From: Pseudonocardiaceae bacterium
Lineage (GTDB): Bacteria; Actinomycetota; Actinomycetes; Mycobacteriales; Pseudonocardiaceae
Direction: 5' to 3'
Length of the DNA stretch: 64,000 nt
NCBI GenBank assembly: GCA_036562635.1
Contig: DATCJU010000094.1
Location: 11,758-75,757 of the forward strand
Notes under the pieces: generated by a model
What the model was told of the DNA's origin: nothing
The model's input: only the letters and a program-made list of their open reading frames with translations
Databases searched by the model: none
Shown here: in pieces, positions 10,065 through 19,524 of the stretch
How the letters are laid out: the number at the start of each line of letters is the position of its first letter
Position numbering within the stretch: position 1 is the stretch's first letter
Position numbers and translations under genes: made by a program

Positions 10065-11324
10065 ATGGGGTACGTTGTGCCGCTCTTCCTCGCCGCCGAC
10101 GCGCTCTCGCTGCTCGGCAACATGATCGCCGCCGTGGTGCTGCCCTGGCTGGTCCTGGTGCGCACCGGGGACGCCACCGCCGCGGGCACCGTGGCCGCGG
10201 TGACCGCCCTGCCCGCGCTGCTCGCGGCCGTGGCCGGTGGGGTCCTGATCGACCGGGTCGGACGGCGCCGCGCGTCGATCGGCGCGGACCTGGCCTCCGC
10301 GGTGTGCGTGGCGGCCCTGCCGGTGGTGGACGCCGCCGTCGGGCTCACCCTCACCGCGTTCCTGGTGCTCGGCGTGGCCGGGGCGCTCTTCGACGTACCG
10401 GGGATGACCGCGCGGGAATCGCTGCTGCCCGCGGTCGCCACGCGGGCGGGCATCCCGCTGGAACGCATGGCCGGCCTGCGCGAGGCGCTCGGCGGCACCG
10501 CAACGATCGCCGGGCCCGCCGCGGGTGGTTTCCTGCTCGCCCTGTTCGACGGTTCGACGGTGCTGTGGGTCACCGCGGCCTGCTCGGCCACCGCCGCACT
10601 GCTCACCTGGCTGCTGCCCGCCGAGGTGGGCGCGGCGACACCTCCGAACCCGGGGCGGCGACGCTGGCTCGCCGACCTGCGCGAGGCGGGGGCGGTGATC
10701 CGCCGCGACCCGCTGCTGACCTGGCTGACCGTCTTCACCACCGCGGGGCTGACGGTGCTCGGCCCGCTGCAGGGCCTGCTGCTGCCGGCGCACCTGGCGG
10801 CCACCGGCTCGGCCGCCCAGCTCGGCGGGGTGCTCACCGCGCTCACGGTGGGCGGGATGCTGGGCAACGGGATCTACGCCGCGATCGGCCCCCGCTGGTC
10901 CCGACGCACCTGGTTCGTCGTCTGCCAGCTGGGGACGGCCGGAGCGATCGCCTGGCTCGCCGCACTGCCGTCCTTCTGGTGGCTGGTCACCGCGGCGGTC
11001 ACCGTGGGCCTGCTGTCCGGGCCGCTGCAGCCGATCCTGCTGGTCGTCTCCACCGAGCGGGTTCCCGACCACGTCCGGGGGCGGGTGTTCGGGCTGCAGA
11101 ACGCGGCCGCGATGGCCGCCGTGCCGGTGGGCCTGTTCGGCGGCGGACTGCTGATCGACACGGTCGGGGTGGACCGGACCGGCACACTCGTGGCTGTGGC
11201 GTGGGTGAGCCTGACCGTGGTCGCGCTGCTCGCCCCGGCGGTCCGACAGCTCGGTCGCAGCGAGCGTCCGGGAACGGACACCCCGCACGAGACGGCGGAG
11301 GTGGGACGTGCTGACGATCGGTGA
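10065..11324 (+). CDS. MFS transporter
   Basis: About 12 TM segments with typical MFS loop 2-3 (DRVGRRR). Start at ATG 10065. Confidence 0.85.
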   Translation: MGYVVPLFLAADALSLLGNMIAAVVLPWLVLVRTGDATAAGTVAAVTALPALLAAVAGGVLIDRVGRRRASIGADLASAVCVAALPVVDAAVGLTLTAFLVLGVAGALFDVPGMTARESLLPAVATRAGIPLERMAGLREALGGTATIAGPAAGGFLLALFDGSTVLWVTAACSATAALLTWLLPAEVGAATPPNPGRRRWLADLREAGAVIRRDPLLTWLTVFTTAGLTVLGPLQGLLLPAHLAATGSAAQLGGVLTALTVGGMLGNGIYAAIGPRWSRRTWFVVCQLGTAGAIAWLAALPSFWWLVTAAVTVGLLSGPLQPILLVVSTERVPDHVRGRVFGLQNAAAMAAVPVGLFGGGLLIDTVGVDRTGTLVAVAWVSLTVVALLAPAVRQLGRSERPGTDTPHETAEVGRADDR

Positions 11325-12099
11325 ACTGGCCCGACTGGCGGGCACCACGGTCCGCGCCGTCCGGCACTACCACGCCGAGGGGCTGCTCGACGAGCCACCG
11401 CGGGACCGCTCCGGCTACCGCCGGTACGGGGCGCAGGACCTGGTCCGGCTGATCCGCATCCGCCGGCTGCGTGAGCTGGGCCTGTCGCTCGAACAGGTGC
11501 GGGAGCTGCTGGACCGGCCGGGCACCCTGGCCGAGGCGTTGGACGCCCTGGACACGGAGCTGGCGGCCCGGCAACGCCAGATCGAGGAGCAACGGGCCCG
11601 GATCGCCCGGCTCCGCAGGTCGACGGTGGATCCGGAACTGCCCCCGGGATTCGCCGAACTGTTCGGGGAACTGGCCGCACACGGGGTGAACCCCGACTAC
11701 CTGGCCCGGGAGAAGGAGGGGCTGCTCCTGGCCCTGGCCCTGGTGCCGGAGTCCGGGCAGCAGCTGCTGGACCAGCAGCGACGGGTGCTGAACGGTCCGA
11801 ACGCACGGCGATACGTGGAGCTGGGCGAGCGGCTGGAGGAACTGGCCGAGGCCGACCCCGACGATCCGCGGGTGGCACAGCTCGCCGCGGAGCTGGTCGA
11901 CCTGCTGCACACCGACTTCGCCGAACTGCTCACCTCGCCGCCCGCCCACGCCCCGGCACGACCGGTCGAGGCGGCGCTGTTCGCCGACTGGGTGAACACG
12001 CTGGGCCCGGCGCAGCGCAGGGTGGTCCAGCACGTCACCGACGCGCTGCAACGCCTACTCCCCACAGACGACGACCAGCCGCGAACCCCGACCGGCTGA
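11308..12099 (+). CDS. MerR family transcriptional regulator
   Basis: N-terminal LTIGELARLAGTTVRAVRHYHAEGLL...RSGYRRY (MerR wHTH). GTG start after GGAGGTGGG. Overlaps the MFS stop by 17 nt. Confidence 0.9.
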   Translation: MLTIGELARLAGTTVRAVRHYHAEGLLDEPPRDRSGYRRYGAQDLVRLIRIRRLRELGLSLEQVRELLDRPGTLAEALDALDTELAARQRQIEEQRARIARLRRSTVDPELPPGFAELFGELAAHGVNPDYLAREKEGLLLALALVPESGQQLLDQQRRVLNGPNARRYVELGERLEELAEADPDDPRVAQLAAELVDLLHTDFAELLTSPPAHAPARPVEAALFADWVNTLGPAQRRVVQHVTDALQRLLPTDDDQPRTPTG

Positions 12100-12148
12100 A
12101 CCGGACACCACGGCTCCGGCACAGGGCACCCGAGTCGGTCCTCGGAGG

Positions 12149-12961
12149 TCAGAACCAGCGTTCCAAGACCAGGGCCACCCCGTCCTCGTCGTTGGGCGCG
12201 GTGACCTCGTCGGCCACCGCCAGTGCCTCGGGATGGGCGTTGGCCATCGCCACCCCGTGCCCCGCCCACCGCAGCATCGGCACGTCGTTGGGCATGTCAC
12301 CGAAGGACACCACGTCCGTCCGGTCCACCCCGAACCGCTCGGCCACCAGCTCCAACCCGGTCGCCTTGGTGACCCCACGGGCCGACAGTTCGAGCAACCC
12401 GCTGCCCGTGGAGTAGGTGATGTCGACCGCGTCACCGAGCACGGCCGCGGCGGCCTGGGCCATCTCCTCGCTGGTCATCCCGCGGTGCCGGACCAGCAGC
12501 TTCACCGCCGGCCTGCCCAGCACCTCGGCGCGGGGCACCGCCTCGTGGTCCGGGTTCGGCCAGGCGTGCTCGAAACCCGGTTCGGCCAGGAACTGCTGGT
12601 TCCGCCGCTCGTAGGCACTCGCGCCCACACGCTCCACCGCCACCACACACCCCGGCAGCGCCTCGTCCAGCGCGCCCACCACGTCGTGCAGCAGCACCGG
12701 GTCGAGGGTGACGGCGTGCAGCACCCGGTCGGCGGCGGCGTCGTAGAGCACGGCCCCGTTGGCGCACACCGCCAGCCCCGCCTGGCCCAGCTCGGAGACC
12801 ACGGGTGGGATCCACCGCGGCGGCCGTCCGGTGACCAGGACGAACGGGGTGCCGGCCGTGGTCACCCGCTGCACGGTGGCCATGGTGCGGGGGCTCACCC
12901 GCTCCTGAGGGTTCAACAGGGTGCCGTCGACGTCGGTCGCTACCAGTCTGGGAGTCTGCAC
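12149..12961 (-). CDS. HAD family hydrolase (Cof-type phosphatase)
   Basis: LVATDVDGTLL (motif I), VLVTGRP and SFGDMPNDVPML (motif III/IV). Start set at GTG 12961. The 497-aa ORF-track extension is an Arg/Pro-rich artefact. Confidence 0.85.
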   Translation of the reverse strand: MQTPRLVATDVDGTLLNPQERVSPRTMATVQRVTTAGTPFVLVTGRPPRWIPPVVSELGQAGLAVCANGAVLYDAAADRVLHAVTLDPVLLHDVVGALDEALPGCVVAVERVGASAYERRNQQFLAEPGFEHAWPNPDHEAVPRAEVLGRPAVKLLVRHRGMTSEEMAQAAAAVLGDAVDITYSTGSGLLELSARGVTKATGLELVAERFGVDRTDVVSFGDMPNDVPMLRWAGHGVAMANAHPEALAVADEVTAPNDEDGVALVLERWF

Positions 12962-13191
12962 CCTTCCATCGTGCCTGGTCGATCCACACCACCACCTGGT
13001 CCGAAGGGGGGAGAGGTATGGTTCCGGCCACTTCTCCACCCCGACCGGGCCCGGTTCGACGGGGGAGGAAGAACGGCGCATACCCGCCGACCGTCCGGGT
13101 ACCCCGCTTCCCGGGGGGACGGCACCGCGGGTGGTGCACCGACGCGTCACCCGCGGTGTCGGGCGGTGCCACGAAGGGAACGCGGACCGCG

Positions 13192-13836
13192 ATGCACAGG
13201 GCGGACGCGCTGGTACGGGAGCTGCTGCGGCAGGGGGGACGGACCTACGCGGAGCAGGCGGGTATCCGCCTGGCCAACCGGCCGGCACCGCTCTACCAGC
13301 TCCTGGTGTTGACCGTCCTGGTGTCGATCCCCATCCGGGCGGACGTCGCGGTGGCGGCGGCCCGGGAACTGTTCGCCGCCGGGTGGACCACTCCCCACGC
13401 CCTGCTGGCCTCCTCCTGGCAGGAACGGGTGGACGCGCTGGGTCGCGCGCACTACGTGCGCTACGACGAGAGCACCGCGACCCGCCTGGCCGAGGGCGCC
13501 CGGCTGCTGCTCGACCGCTACCGGGGCGACCTGCGCCGGCTCCGGGAGGCGGCCGGAGGCGACCGCGCCGAACTGCGGCGTCGGCTCCAGGAGTTCCCCC
13601 GGATAGGGCCGGTCGGCGCGGATGTCTTCTGCCGCGAGGCACAGGCGGTGTGGCCGGAACTGCGCCCCTACCTGGACCGGCGTGCTCTCACCGCCGCCCA
13701 CGACCTGGGCCTGCCCACCGACCCGGACCGGCTCGCCGAACTCGTGGCCGCGAACGACCTGGCCCGGCTGGCCGCCGCCCTGGTGCGAGCCGGCCTGGAC
13801 CGCCGGCTCGCCGAGAAGATCCGCGCCGCCGCCTGA
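13192..13836 (+). CDS. HhH-GPD / endonuclease III-like domain protein
   Basis: Helical protein with FPRIGPVGADVFCRE (helix-hairpin-helix GPD-like loop). Start at ATG 13192. Confidence 0.6.
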   Translation: MHRADALVRELLRQGGRTYAEQAGIRLANRPAPLYQLLVLTVLVSIPIRADVAVAAARELFAAGWTTPHALLASSWQERVDALGRAHYVRYDESTATRLAEGARLLLDRYRGDLRRLREAAGGDRAELRRRLQEFPRIGPVGADVFCREAQAVWPELRPYLDRRALTAAHDLGLPTDPDRLAELVAANDLARLAAALVRAGLDRRLAEKIRAAA

Positions 13837-13866
13837 CCGCGGGTGCCGGCCGGGTCGGCGACCCGC

Positions 13867-15135
13867 TCAGCGCGCGACCGGCTCCAGCACCTCCCGGCCG
13901 CCCAGGAACGGGCGCAGCGCCTCGGGCACCCGCACCGAACCGTCGGCCTGCTGGTGGTTCTCCAGGATCGCCACCAGCCACCGCGTGGTGGCCAACGTGC
14001 CGTTCAGGGTGGCCGCGATCTGCGGGCGCCCGTTGGCGTCCCGGTAGCGCACCCCGAGGCGGCGGGCCTGGAAGGTGGTGCAGTTCGACGTCGACGTGAC
14101 CTCGCGGTAGGTCTGCTGGCTGGGCAACCAGGCCTCGCAGTCGTACTTGCGGGCCGCGGACGCCCCCAGGTCGCCGGCCGCCACGTCGATCACCCGGTAC
14201 GGCAGCTCGACCTTGGCCAGCATCTCCTCCTCCCAGGCCAGCAGGCGCAGGTGCTCCTCGTGCGCCTCCTCGGGCCGGCAGTAGGAGAACATCTCCACCT
14301 TGTTGAACTGGTGGACGCGGATGATCCCGCGCACGTCCTTGCCGTAGGAACCGGCCTCGCGCCGGAAACAGGAGGACCAGCCGGCGTAGCGGATCGGGCC
14401 GTTCGACAGGTCGATGATCTCGCCGGCGTGCAGCCCGGCCAGCGGCACCTCGGAGGTGCCCACCAGGTACAGGTCGTCGTCACGCAGCCGGTAGACCTCG
14501 CTGGCGTGCGCCCCGAGGAAGCCGGTGCCCTCCATGATCTCCGGGCGCACCAGCACCGGTGGGATCACCACCTGGAAACCGGCGGCCACCGCCTGCTGCA
14601 CGGCCAGGTTGAGCAGCGCCAGCTCCAGCTGTGCGCCCACGCCGGTGAGGAAGTAGAAGCGGGAACCGGAGACCTTGGCGCCGCGCTCGACGTCGATCGC
14701 GCCCAGCCCCTCGCCCAGCTCCAGGTGGTCCTTCGGTTCGAAGTCGAACGTCCGTGGCTCGCCGACGTGCCGGAGCACCACGTAGTCGTCCTCGCCACCG
14801 GCCGGGGCGCCCTCCTCGACGATGTTGGACACCCGGCGGTGCGCCTCGACGAACGCGGCCTCCGCCTCGGCCTGCTCGGCCTCGGCGGCCTTGACCGCGG
14901 CGGCCAGCTCCTTGGCCTTGGCCAGCAGCGCCTCGCGCTCCTCGCCCTTGGCCTTGCCGACCTGCTTGCCGAGCTGCTTCTGCTCGGCGCGCAGCGAGTC
15001 CGCGCGGGACACCGCGGCACGGCGGCGCTCGTCGGCTTCCAGCAGCGCGTCCACCAGCGCGGGGTCCTCACCCCTGGCCTGCTGGGAGGCGCGCACGGCG
15101 TCCGGGTCCTCGCGGAGCGTCTTCAGGTCGATCAC
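13867..15135 (-). CDS. serS: serine--tRNA ligase
   Basis: N-terminal coiled-coil ([19 protein letters not shown]) and class II aaRS core motifs ([25 protein letters not shown]). Confidence 0.97.
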   Translation of the reverse strand: MIDLKTLREDPDAVRASQQARGEDPALVDALLEADERRRAAVSRADSLRAEQKQLGKQVGKAKGEEREALLAKAKELAAAVKAAEAEQAEAEAAFVEAHRRVSNIVEEGAPAGGEDDYVVLRHVGEPRTFDFEPKDHLELGEGLGAIDVERGAKVSGSRFYFLTGVGAQLELALLNLAVQQAVAAGFQVVIPPVLVRPEIMEGTGFLGAHASEVYRLRDDDLYLVGTSEVPLAGLHAGEIIDLSNGPIRYAGWSSCFRREAGSYGKDVRGIIRVHQFNKVEMFSYCRPEEAHEEHLRLLAWEEEMLAKVELPYRVIDVAAGDLGASAARKYDCEAWLPSQQTYREVTSTSNCTTFQARRLGVRYRDANGRPQIAATLNGTLATTRWLVAILENHQQADGSVRVPEALRPFLGGREVLEPVAR

Positions 15136-15146
15136 GGCAGGTCAGC

Positions 15147-15425
15147 CTAGTCGCCGTCGCCCGAAAACGTTCCGCCACCCGCCGGTTCGGCCCGTCCGGC
15201 GGACGAGGTGAGCAGCACGAGCAGGGCGGCGAGCTGGACCAGGGCGGCCACCGCGACCGGCGGCGACACCGAGCGGGCGCACCGCGTCCCGGTCGACAGG
15301 CCACCGGGCAGACGGACGCCCCGAACACCGCGCCACAGCGCTAGCCCGGCCGGGCCGAACGCGATGTTCCCCGTGAAACCGTGCGCCGGAGCCGGTGCAA
15401 CCGACAGGGCGCAGCCCCGGCGCAC
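15147..15425 (-). CDS. possible small membrane protein (hypothetical)
   Basis: Only frame in the 459-nt serS-upstream gap with high third-position GC and a hydrophobic helix (VAVAALVQLAALLVLLTS). No family recognised and the start is uncertain. Confidence 0.25.
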   Translation of the reverse strand: MRRGCALSVAPAPAHGFTGNIAFGPAGLALWRGVRGVRLPGGLSTGTRCARSVSPPVAVAALVQLAALLVLLTSSAGRAEPAGGGTFSGDGD

Positions 15426-15594
15426 CGTCCGGCACGCAGGTCACCGGGAACGGCGGCACCACCACGGGCACGGCGCACCCCGCGGTGACCGACGTCCGGT
15501 ACGTCCCGGTCCGGCCAGCGGACCGGCCACCCCGACCCCGGCGACGATGCGGTGGGCGGCGCGCCGGGGGCGGGTCGTGGCGCCCGGAGGTCGA

Positions 15595-16065
15595 TCAGGA
15601 GATGGCGACCGCGACGACCAGGCCGAGCGCCAGGTGCGCGGCGGCGACGACCAGGCTGGCCGGGGTGAACTCGTCGGCCCGGATCAGCTGCCCGATCTGG
15701 ATACGGGCCACCCATTCCAGCAGCCGCACGGCGAGCACCTGGACCACGATGCCGATCAGGCCGAACACCAGGGAGGCGATCAGCCCCTCGACGAGGTTCC
15801 CCCCGGAGGAGTAGATGGCCACCACCACGATGAACGCCATGCTCACCAGACCGGCGGCGGTCACCACCACGGCGTTCGGTGCTCCGGCCCGCACCAGCTG
15901 GTTCAGCCGCCCCGGGGTGGTCAGGTCGATGGCGTAGAAGCCCACCAGCATCAGCAGGACACCGACGAGGGCGTAGAGCACGATCGCGCCCACACCACGG
16001 CTGAGCGCGGCGACGAAGTCCTGTCCCTGCGCAAGGGTGGACTGCGCAGCGAGGGTAGCGGTCAC
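15595..16065 (-). CDS. DUF350 domain membrane protein (YjfL-like)
   Basis: 156 aa with four TM helices in two DUF350-like halves. GTG start preceded by AGGAGG. Confidence 0.75.
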   Translation of the reverse strand: MTATLAAQSTLAQGQDFVAALSRGVGAIVLYALVGVLLMLVGFYAIDLTTPGRLNQLVRAGAPNAVVVTAAGLVSMAFIVVVAIYSSGGNLVEGLIASLVFGLIGIVVQVLAVRLLEWVARIQIGQLIRADEFTPASLVVAAAHLALGLVVAVAIS

Positions 16066-16123
16066 TTACTGCCTCCTGTGTTCTGCGGGACACCCGCACC
16101 CAACCACAACGGACCAGGGCGGG

Positions 16124-17290
16124 TCACGACTGCGGGATGCGGTGGGGGACGAACGCGGCCCCGTCGTCGGTGACCAGACCGGCGGTCTCCCGGATACCGA
16201 GACCGGCCGACGCGTCCCCGACGATCCACGCCCCCAGCACCGGCCGCATTCCGTCGAACTCGGGCAGCGGCGCGAACAACTGGTAGACGTAGCCCTCCTG
16301 CCCGTAGACGCCGCCGGTCTCGTGCTGCATGCCCGGCGCGACGATCTGGATGTTCGCGCCCTCACGTCCCAGCTTGGGCTTGCGCACGTACTCGGTGAGC
16401 ATCCCGGGCTGGTCGAGGTAGGCGGGCAGCAGGTTGGGGTGGCCGGGGTACATCTCCCACAGCACCGCCAGCAGCGCCTTGTTGGACAGCAGCATCTTCC
16501 ACAGCGGCTCCACCCACAGGGTTTCCGGCAGGGACTCCACGGCGTACTTGCCGAACTGGTCCTCGACCATCCACTCCCAGGGGTAGAGCTTGAAGACCGT
16601 GCGCATCGGCGCCTCGGCCAGGTCCACGAAGCGGTTCAGTGCACTGTCCCAGCCGATCTCCTCGATCGGCAGGCCGATCGTGTCCAGCCCGGCCTCGGCC
16701 GCGGTCTCCTGCAGGTAGGCCACGGTGACGTGGTCCTCGCCGGTGGGGTCACCGGACGACCAGGTGAAGTGCACCTCGCCGGAGGGCAACCGCCCGGCGA
16801 TCTCGGTCCACCGCTCGACCAGCTTCTCGTGCAGCGAGTTCCACTGGTCGTCACCCTCGTGCACGTCGGTGAGCCAGTGCCACTGCACCACCGCCGCCTC
16901 CAGCAGCGAGGTGGGAGTGTCCGCGTTGTACTCCAGGAGCTTGGCCGGCCCCCTGCCGTCGTAGCGCAGGTCGAACCGGCCGTACACGTGCGGATCGCCG
17001 CGCCGCCACGACTCGGCGATCGCGGGCCACACCCACTCCGGTATGCCGAAGTCCCGGTACCGCTCGGCGGTGATCACGTGGTCCACCGCCTCCAGGCACA
17101 TGGAGTGCAGCAGCTCGACGTCGGCCTCCAGTGCGAGCACCTCGTCCAGGCTGAACACGTAGTGCACCGACTCGTCCCAGTAGGGACGGCGCACTCCGTT
17201 CGGTCCGACGGCCGGCGCCCCGAAGACCAGCCCCTGCTCGGCGATCCGACGCTGCCAGTCGGGACGGGGCTCCCCCACTTCCCGGTGCAC
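16124..17290 (-). CDS. glutathionylspermidine synthase family ATP-grasp protein (YjfC-like)
   Basis: YGRFDLRYDGRGPAKLLEYNADTPTSLLE and the downstream GSP_synth-type core. Start set at GTG 17290 (GGAG upstream). The ORF-track N-terminal extension overlaps the upstream gene. Confidence 0.85.
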   Translation of the reverse strand: MHREVGEPRPDWQRRIAEQGLVFGAPAVGPNGVRRPYWDESVHYVFSLDEVLALEADVELLHSMCLEAVDHVITAERYRDFGIPEWVWPAIAESWRRGDPHVYGRFDLRYDGRGPAKLLEYNADTPTSLLEAAVVQWHWLTDVHEGDDQWNSLHEKLVERWTEIAGRLPSGEVHFTWSSGDPTGEDHVTVAYLQETAAEAGLDTIGLPIEEIGWDSALNRFVDLAEAPMRTVFKLYPWEWMVEDQFGKYAVESLPETLWVEPLWKMLLSNKALLAVLWEMYPGHPNLLPAYLDQPGMLTEYVRKPKLGREGANIQIVAPGMQHETGGVYGQEGYVYQLFAPLPEFDGMRPVLGAWIVGDASAGLGIRETAGLVTDDGAAFVPHRIPQS

Positions 17291-17297
17291 GATCCGA

Positions 17298-17882
17298 TCA
17301 GCTCCCGCTTCCGCCCTTGCCGCTGATACCGAAACCGCCACGCTGGATGACCGTGCCGGACTTGGTCCGGACCTCCGCGTTGCCGGGACGGAGCGTGGTG
17401 CCGCCGGTGACCTTCTGGCCGTAGGTGCCGGTACCACCGTAGTGGTAGTGGTACTGGTTGCCGCCGATGTAGACGTGGCCACCGCTGTGGTAGCCGCCGT
17501 GGGAGCGCGCGTAGTTCTCGTCGCAGTAGTCGTCGTCGACGATCACGCCGTTGCTGTCGACACAGTGCGCGACGACCCGGTCGGGCGTGCTGGCCGCGTA
17601 CCAGACGGCCACCAGGGCGACCACGCCGACGCTGACCCCGCTCCCGATCAGGACACGGCGCCGGGTACGCGCCTTACGTTCCGCGCTCTCCTGCTCGGCC
17701 AGCCAACGCTCGCGTTCCAGCACGGCAGCGCGTTCCCTGGCGCGCTGCTCCGCGAGGCTCGGCGGGCGGGGCGTGGTCTTGCCGGGTTCCTGGAACTCCA
17801 TCCGGCCCCTGCGCTGAGGTTCTCCGGGTGTGCCCGGGCTCACCGGGCCACCGCCCTGCCCCTGCTCGTCATGGTCAGTCAT
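17298..17882 (-). CDS. membrane-anchored Gly/Tyr/His-rich protein, DUF1190/YjfM-like
   Basis: ATG 17882. Charged N-terminus, one TM (VLIGSGVSVGVVALVAVWY), Cys pair (HCVD...YCDENY), and a C-terminal ...TVIQRGGFGISGKGG resembling the RGGFG end of E. coli YjfM (from memory). Confidence 0.55.
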   Translation of the reverse strand: MTDHDEQGQGGGPVSPGTPGEPQRRGRMEFQEPGKTTPRPPSLAEQRARERAAVLERERWLAEQESAERKARTRRRVLIGSGVSVGVVALVAVWYAASTPDRVVAHCVDSNGVIVDDDYCDENYARSHGGYHSGGHVYIGGNQYHYHYGGTGTYGQKVTGGTTLRPGNAEVRTKSGTVIQRGGFGISGKGGSGS

Positions 17883-17933
17883 CAGCCACTCCCGCTCGCA
17901 CGGTACCCAGCGTGGGACACCCGTGGGACGTAG

Positions 17934-19145
17934 ATGCCGAACCGAAACACAACTCGGCCAACCCGTCCCTTCGACGTGCCCGGCATCATGGAACAGATGT
18001 TCCCGCGCAGAGAACGGTTCCCGGCCGACGCTCGTACCGCCGGCACCCGACGCGTGATGCTCGGTGCTTTCTTCGGGGCGGTCGCCGTGCTGGCCGCCAC
18101 GACGGTGCTCACGTGGGACACGATGCAGGCGCGGAAGGCGGCGCGGGCCGAGGCGGCGGCCCGCGAGATCGCTCGGGCCGAGGCGTTCGCCGCACCACCG
18201 GGTTCCTGTCTGACCTGGACGGAACCGGAAGCGGCCGACATCCGGAAGGTGGACTGCACCGAACCGCACCTGTTCGAACTGGTCGGCACCGCGGACCTGG
18301 AACCGATCCTGGGCAAGAACACGCCCTACCCGTCAGCCGAGCGGTGGCAGGAGCTCAAGGAGGAGCACTGCACGACGCTGGCCACCGACTACATGAACGG
18401 CAAGCTCGACCCCTTCGGACGGTTCAGCGTCGGCGCGCTCACCCCGAGCCAGCAGGGATGGCAGAACGGGGACAAGCGTCTGCGGTGCGGACTGCAGATC
18501 GTGGGCCCCTCCGGTGCGGTGTTCTCCGTGGTCGGCAGCGCCACCAAGCTCGACCAGTCGGACGTGCACGAGGTGGGCACCTGCATCGGCATCGACGGCA
18601 AGAGCGTCGGCGACCCGGGAGTGGACTGCGCAGGGCCGCACGCCTACGAGATCGTCGGCGTGATCGACCTGGGCGTGCTGTTCCACGACGAGGAGTACCC
18701 GGACACCAAGAAGCAGGACCCGCCCCTGTTCGAGTCGTGCAACGCCCTGGCCAAGGAGTACTCCGGCGGCAAGGACATCAGCACGATGGGACTGGTCGTC
18801 ACCTGGGACAACCTCGCCCAGGAGAGCTGGGACGCCGGCTCCCGCAAGGTGAACTGCAAGGTCGGCGCCTCCCTGCCGGACGGCAGTGGCCTGGCCCCGG
18901 TGACCGGCAGCATCAAGGGCGAGGTGCAGGTCGGCACGGAACCGGCCCCACCCGCCGAGAAGGTCAGGCCCGGCTCCCCGGCCACCACCGTGCCGCCCCC
19001 GATCCCCGCCACCCCCGAGGAGGAGCAGGAGGAGGGCCAGGGAGAGGAGTCGCCGGACGATCAGCAGAACTCCGAACAGAACCCGCCGGGCTCCGAGGAG
19101 AACCAACCCAGCCAGGAACCCTCGACCTCGCCCTCGGAAGGATGA
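17934..19145 (+). CDS. septum formation family protein
   Basis: N-terminal TM followed by repeated Cys-containing modules (GSCLTW...VDCTEPHLFELVG; GTCIGI...VDCAGPHAYEIVG), characteristic of the actinobacterial septum-formation domain. Acidic Pro-rich tail. The start may be ATG 17988. Confidence 0.7.
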   Translation: MPNRNTTRPTRPFDVPGIMEQMFPRRERFPADARTAGTRRVMLGAFFGAVAVLAATTVLTWDTMQARKAARAEAAAREIARAEAFAAPPGSCLTWTEPEAADIRKVDCTEPHLFELVGTADLEPILGKNTPYPSAERWQELKEEHCTTLATDYMNGKLDPFGRFSVGALTPSQQGWQNGDKRLRCGLQIVGPSGAVFSVVGSATKLDQSDVHEVGTCIGIDGKSVGDPGVDCAGPHAYEIVGVIDLGVLFHDEEYPDTKKQDPPLFESCNALAKEYSGGKDISTMGLVVTWDNLAQESWDAGSRKVNCKVGASLPDGSGLAPVTGSIKGEVQVGTEPAPPAEKVRPGSPATTVPPPIPATPEEEQEEGQGEESPDDQQNSEQNPPGSEENQPSQEPSTSPSEG

Positions 19146-19149
19146 ACAG

Positions 19150-19500
19150 GTGGCCGTGGAGATGAGCCGGGCCCGGTTCGAGGAACTGGTGGCCGAGGCA
19201 CTGGACTCGATCCCGCCGGAGCTGGCCCGTGCCATGCGCAACGTGGTGGTGCTGGTGGAGGACCGGCACCCGACCGAACCGGACCTGCTCGGCCTGTACG
19301 AGGGGGTGGCGCTGACCGAGCGTGACTCCCACTACGGCGGGGTGCTGCCGGACCGGATCTTCGTCTTCCGCGAGCCGATCCTGGCCATGTGCGAGGACGA
19401 GGACGAGGTCGTCGACGAGGTCCTCATCACCGTGGTGCACGAGGTGGCACACCACTTCGGGATCGACGACGACCGACTGCACGAGCTGGGCTGGGCCTGA
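19150..19500 (+). CDS. metallopeptidase family protein (zincin-like, HExxH)
   Basis: 116 aa with VVHEVAHHFG near the C-terminus; typical small actinobacterial zincin-like protein. Confidence 0.75.
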   Translation: MAVEMSRARFEELVAEALDSIPPELARAMRNVVVLVEDRHPTEPDLLGLYEGVALTERDSHYGGVLPDRIFVFREPILAMCEDEDEVVDEVLITVVHEVAHHFGIDDDRLHELGWA

Positions 19501-19524
19501 CGGCCGGGCCGGGTCCGGGGTCGC

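Noticed and set aside
12962-13642. N-terminal extensions of real genes in the ORF track. Examples: HAD 12149..13642, GspS-like 16124..17482, cydA 31366..33063, HK 29066..30730, DUF5691 40853..43042, SEC-C protein 53590..55668, fahA 34755..36131.
   Set aside because: The extensions are Arg/Pro-rich, overlap neighbouring genes or promoters, and precede internal starts that have an RBS and align with the known N-termini of the families.
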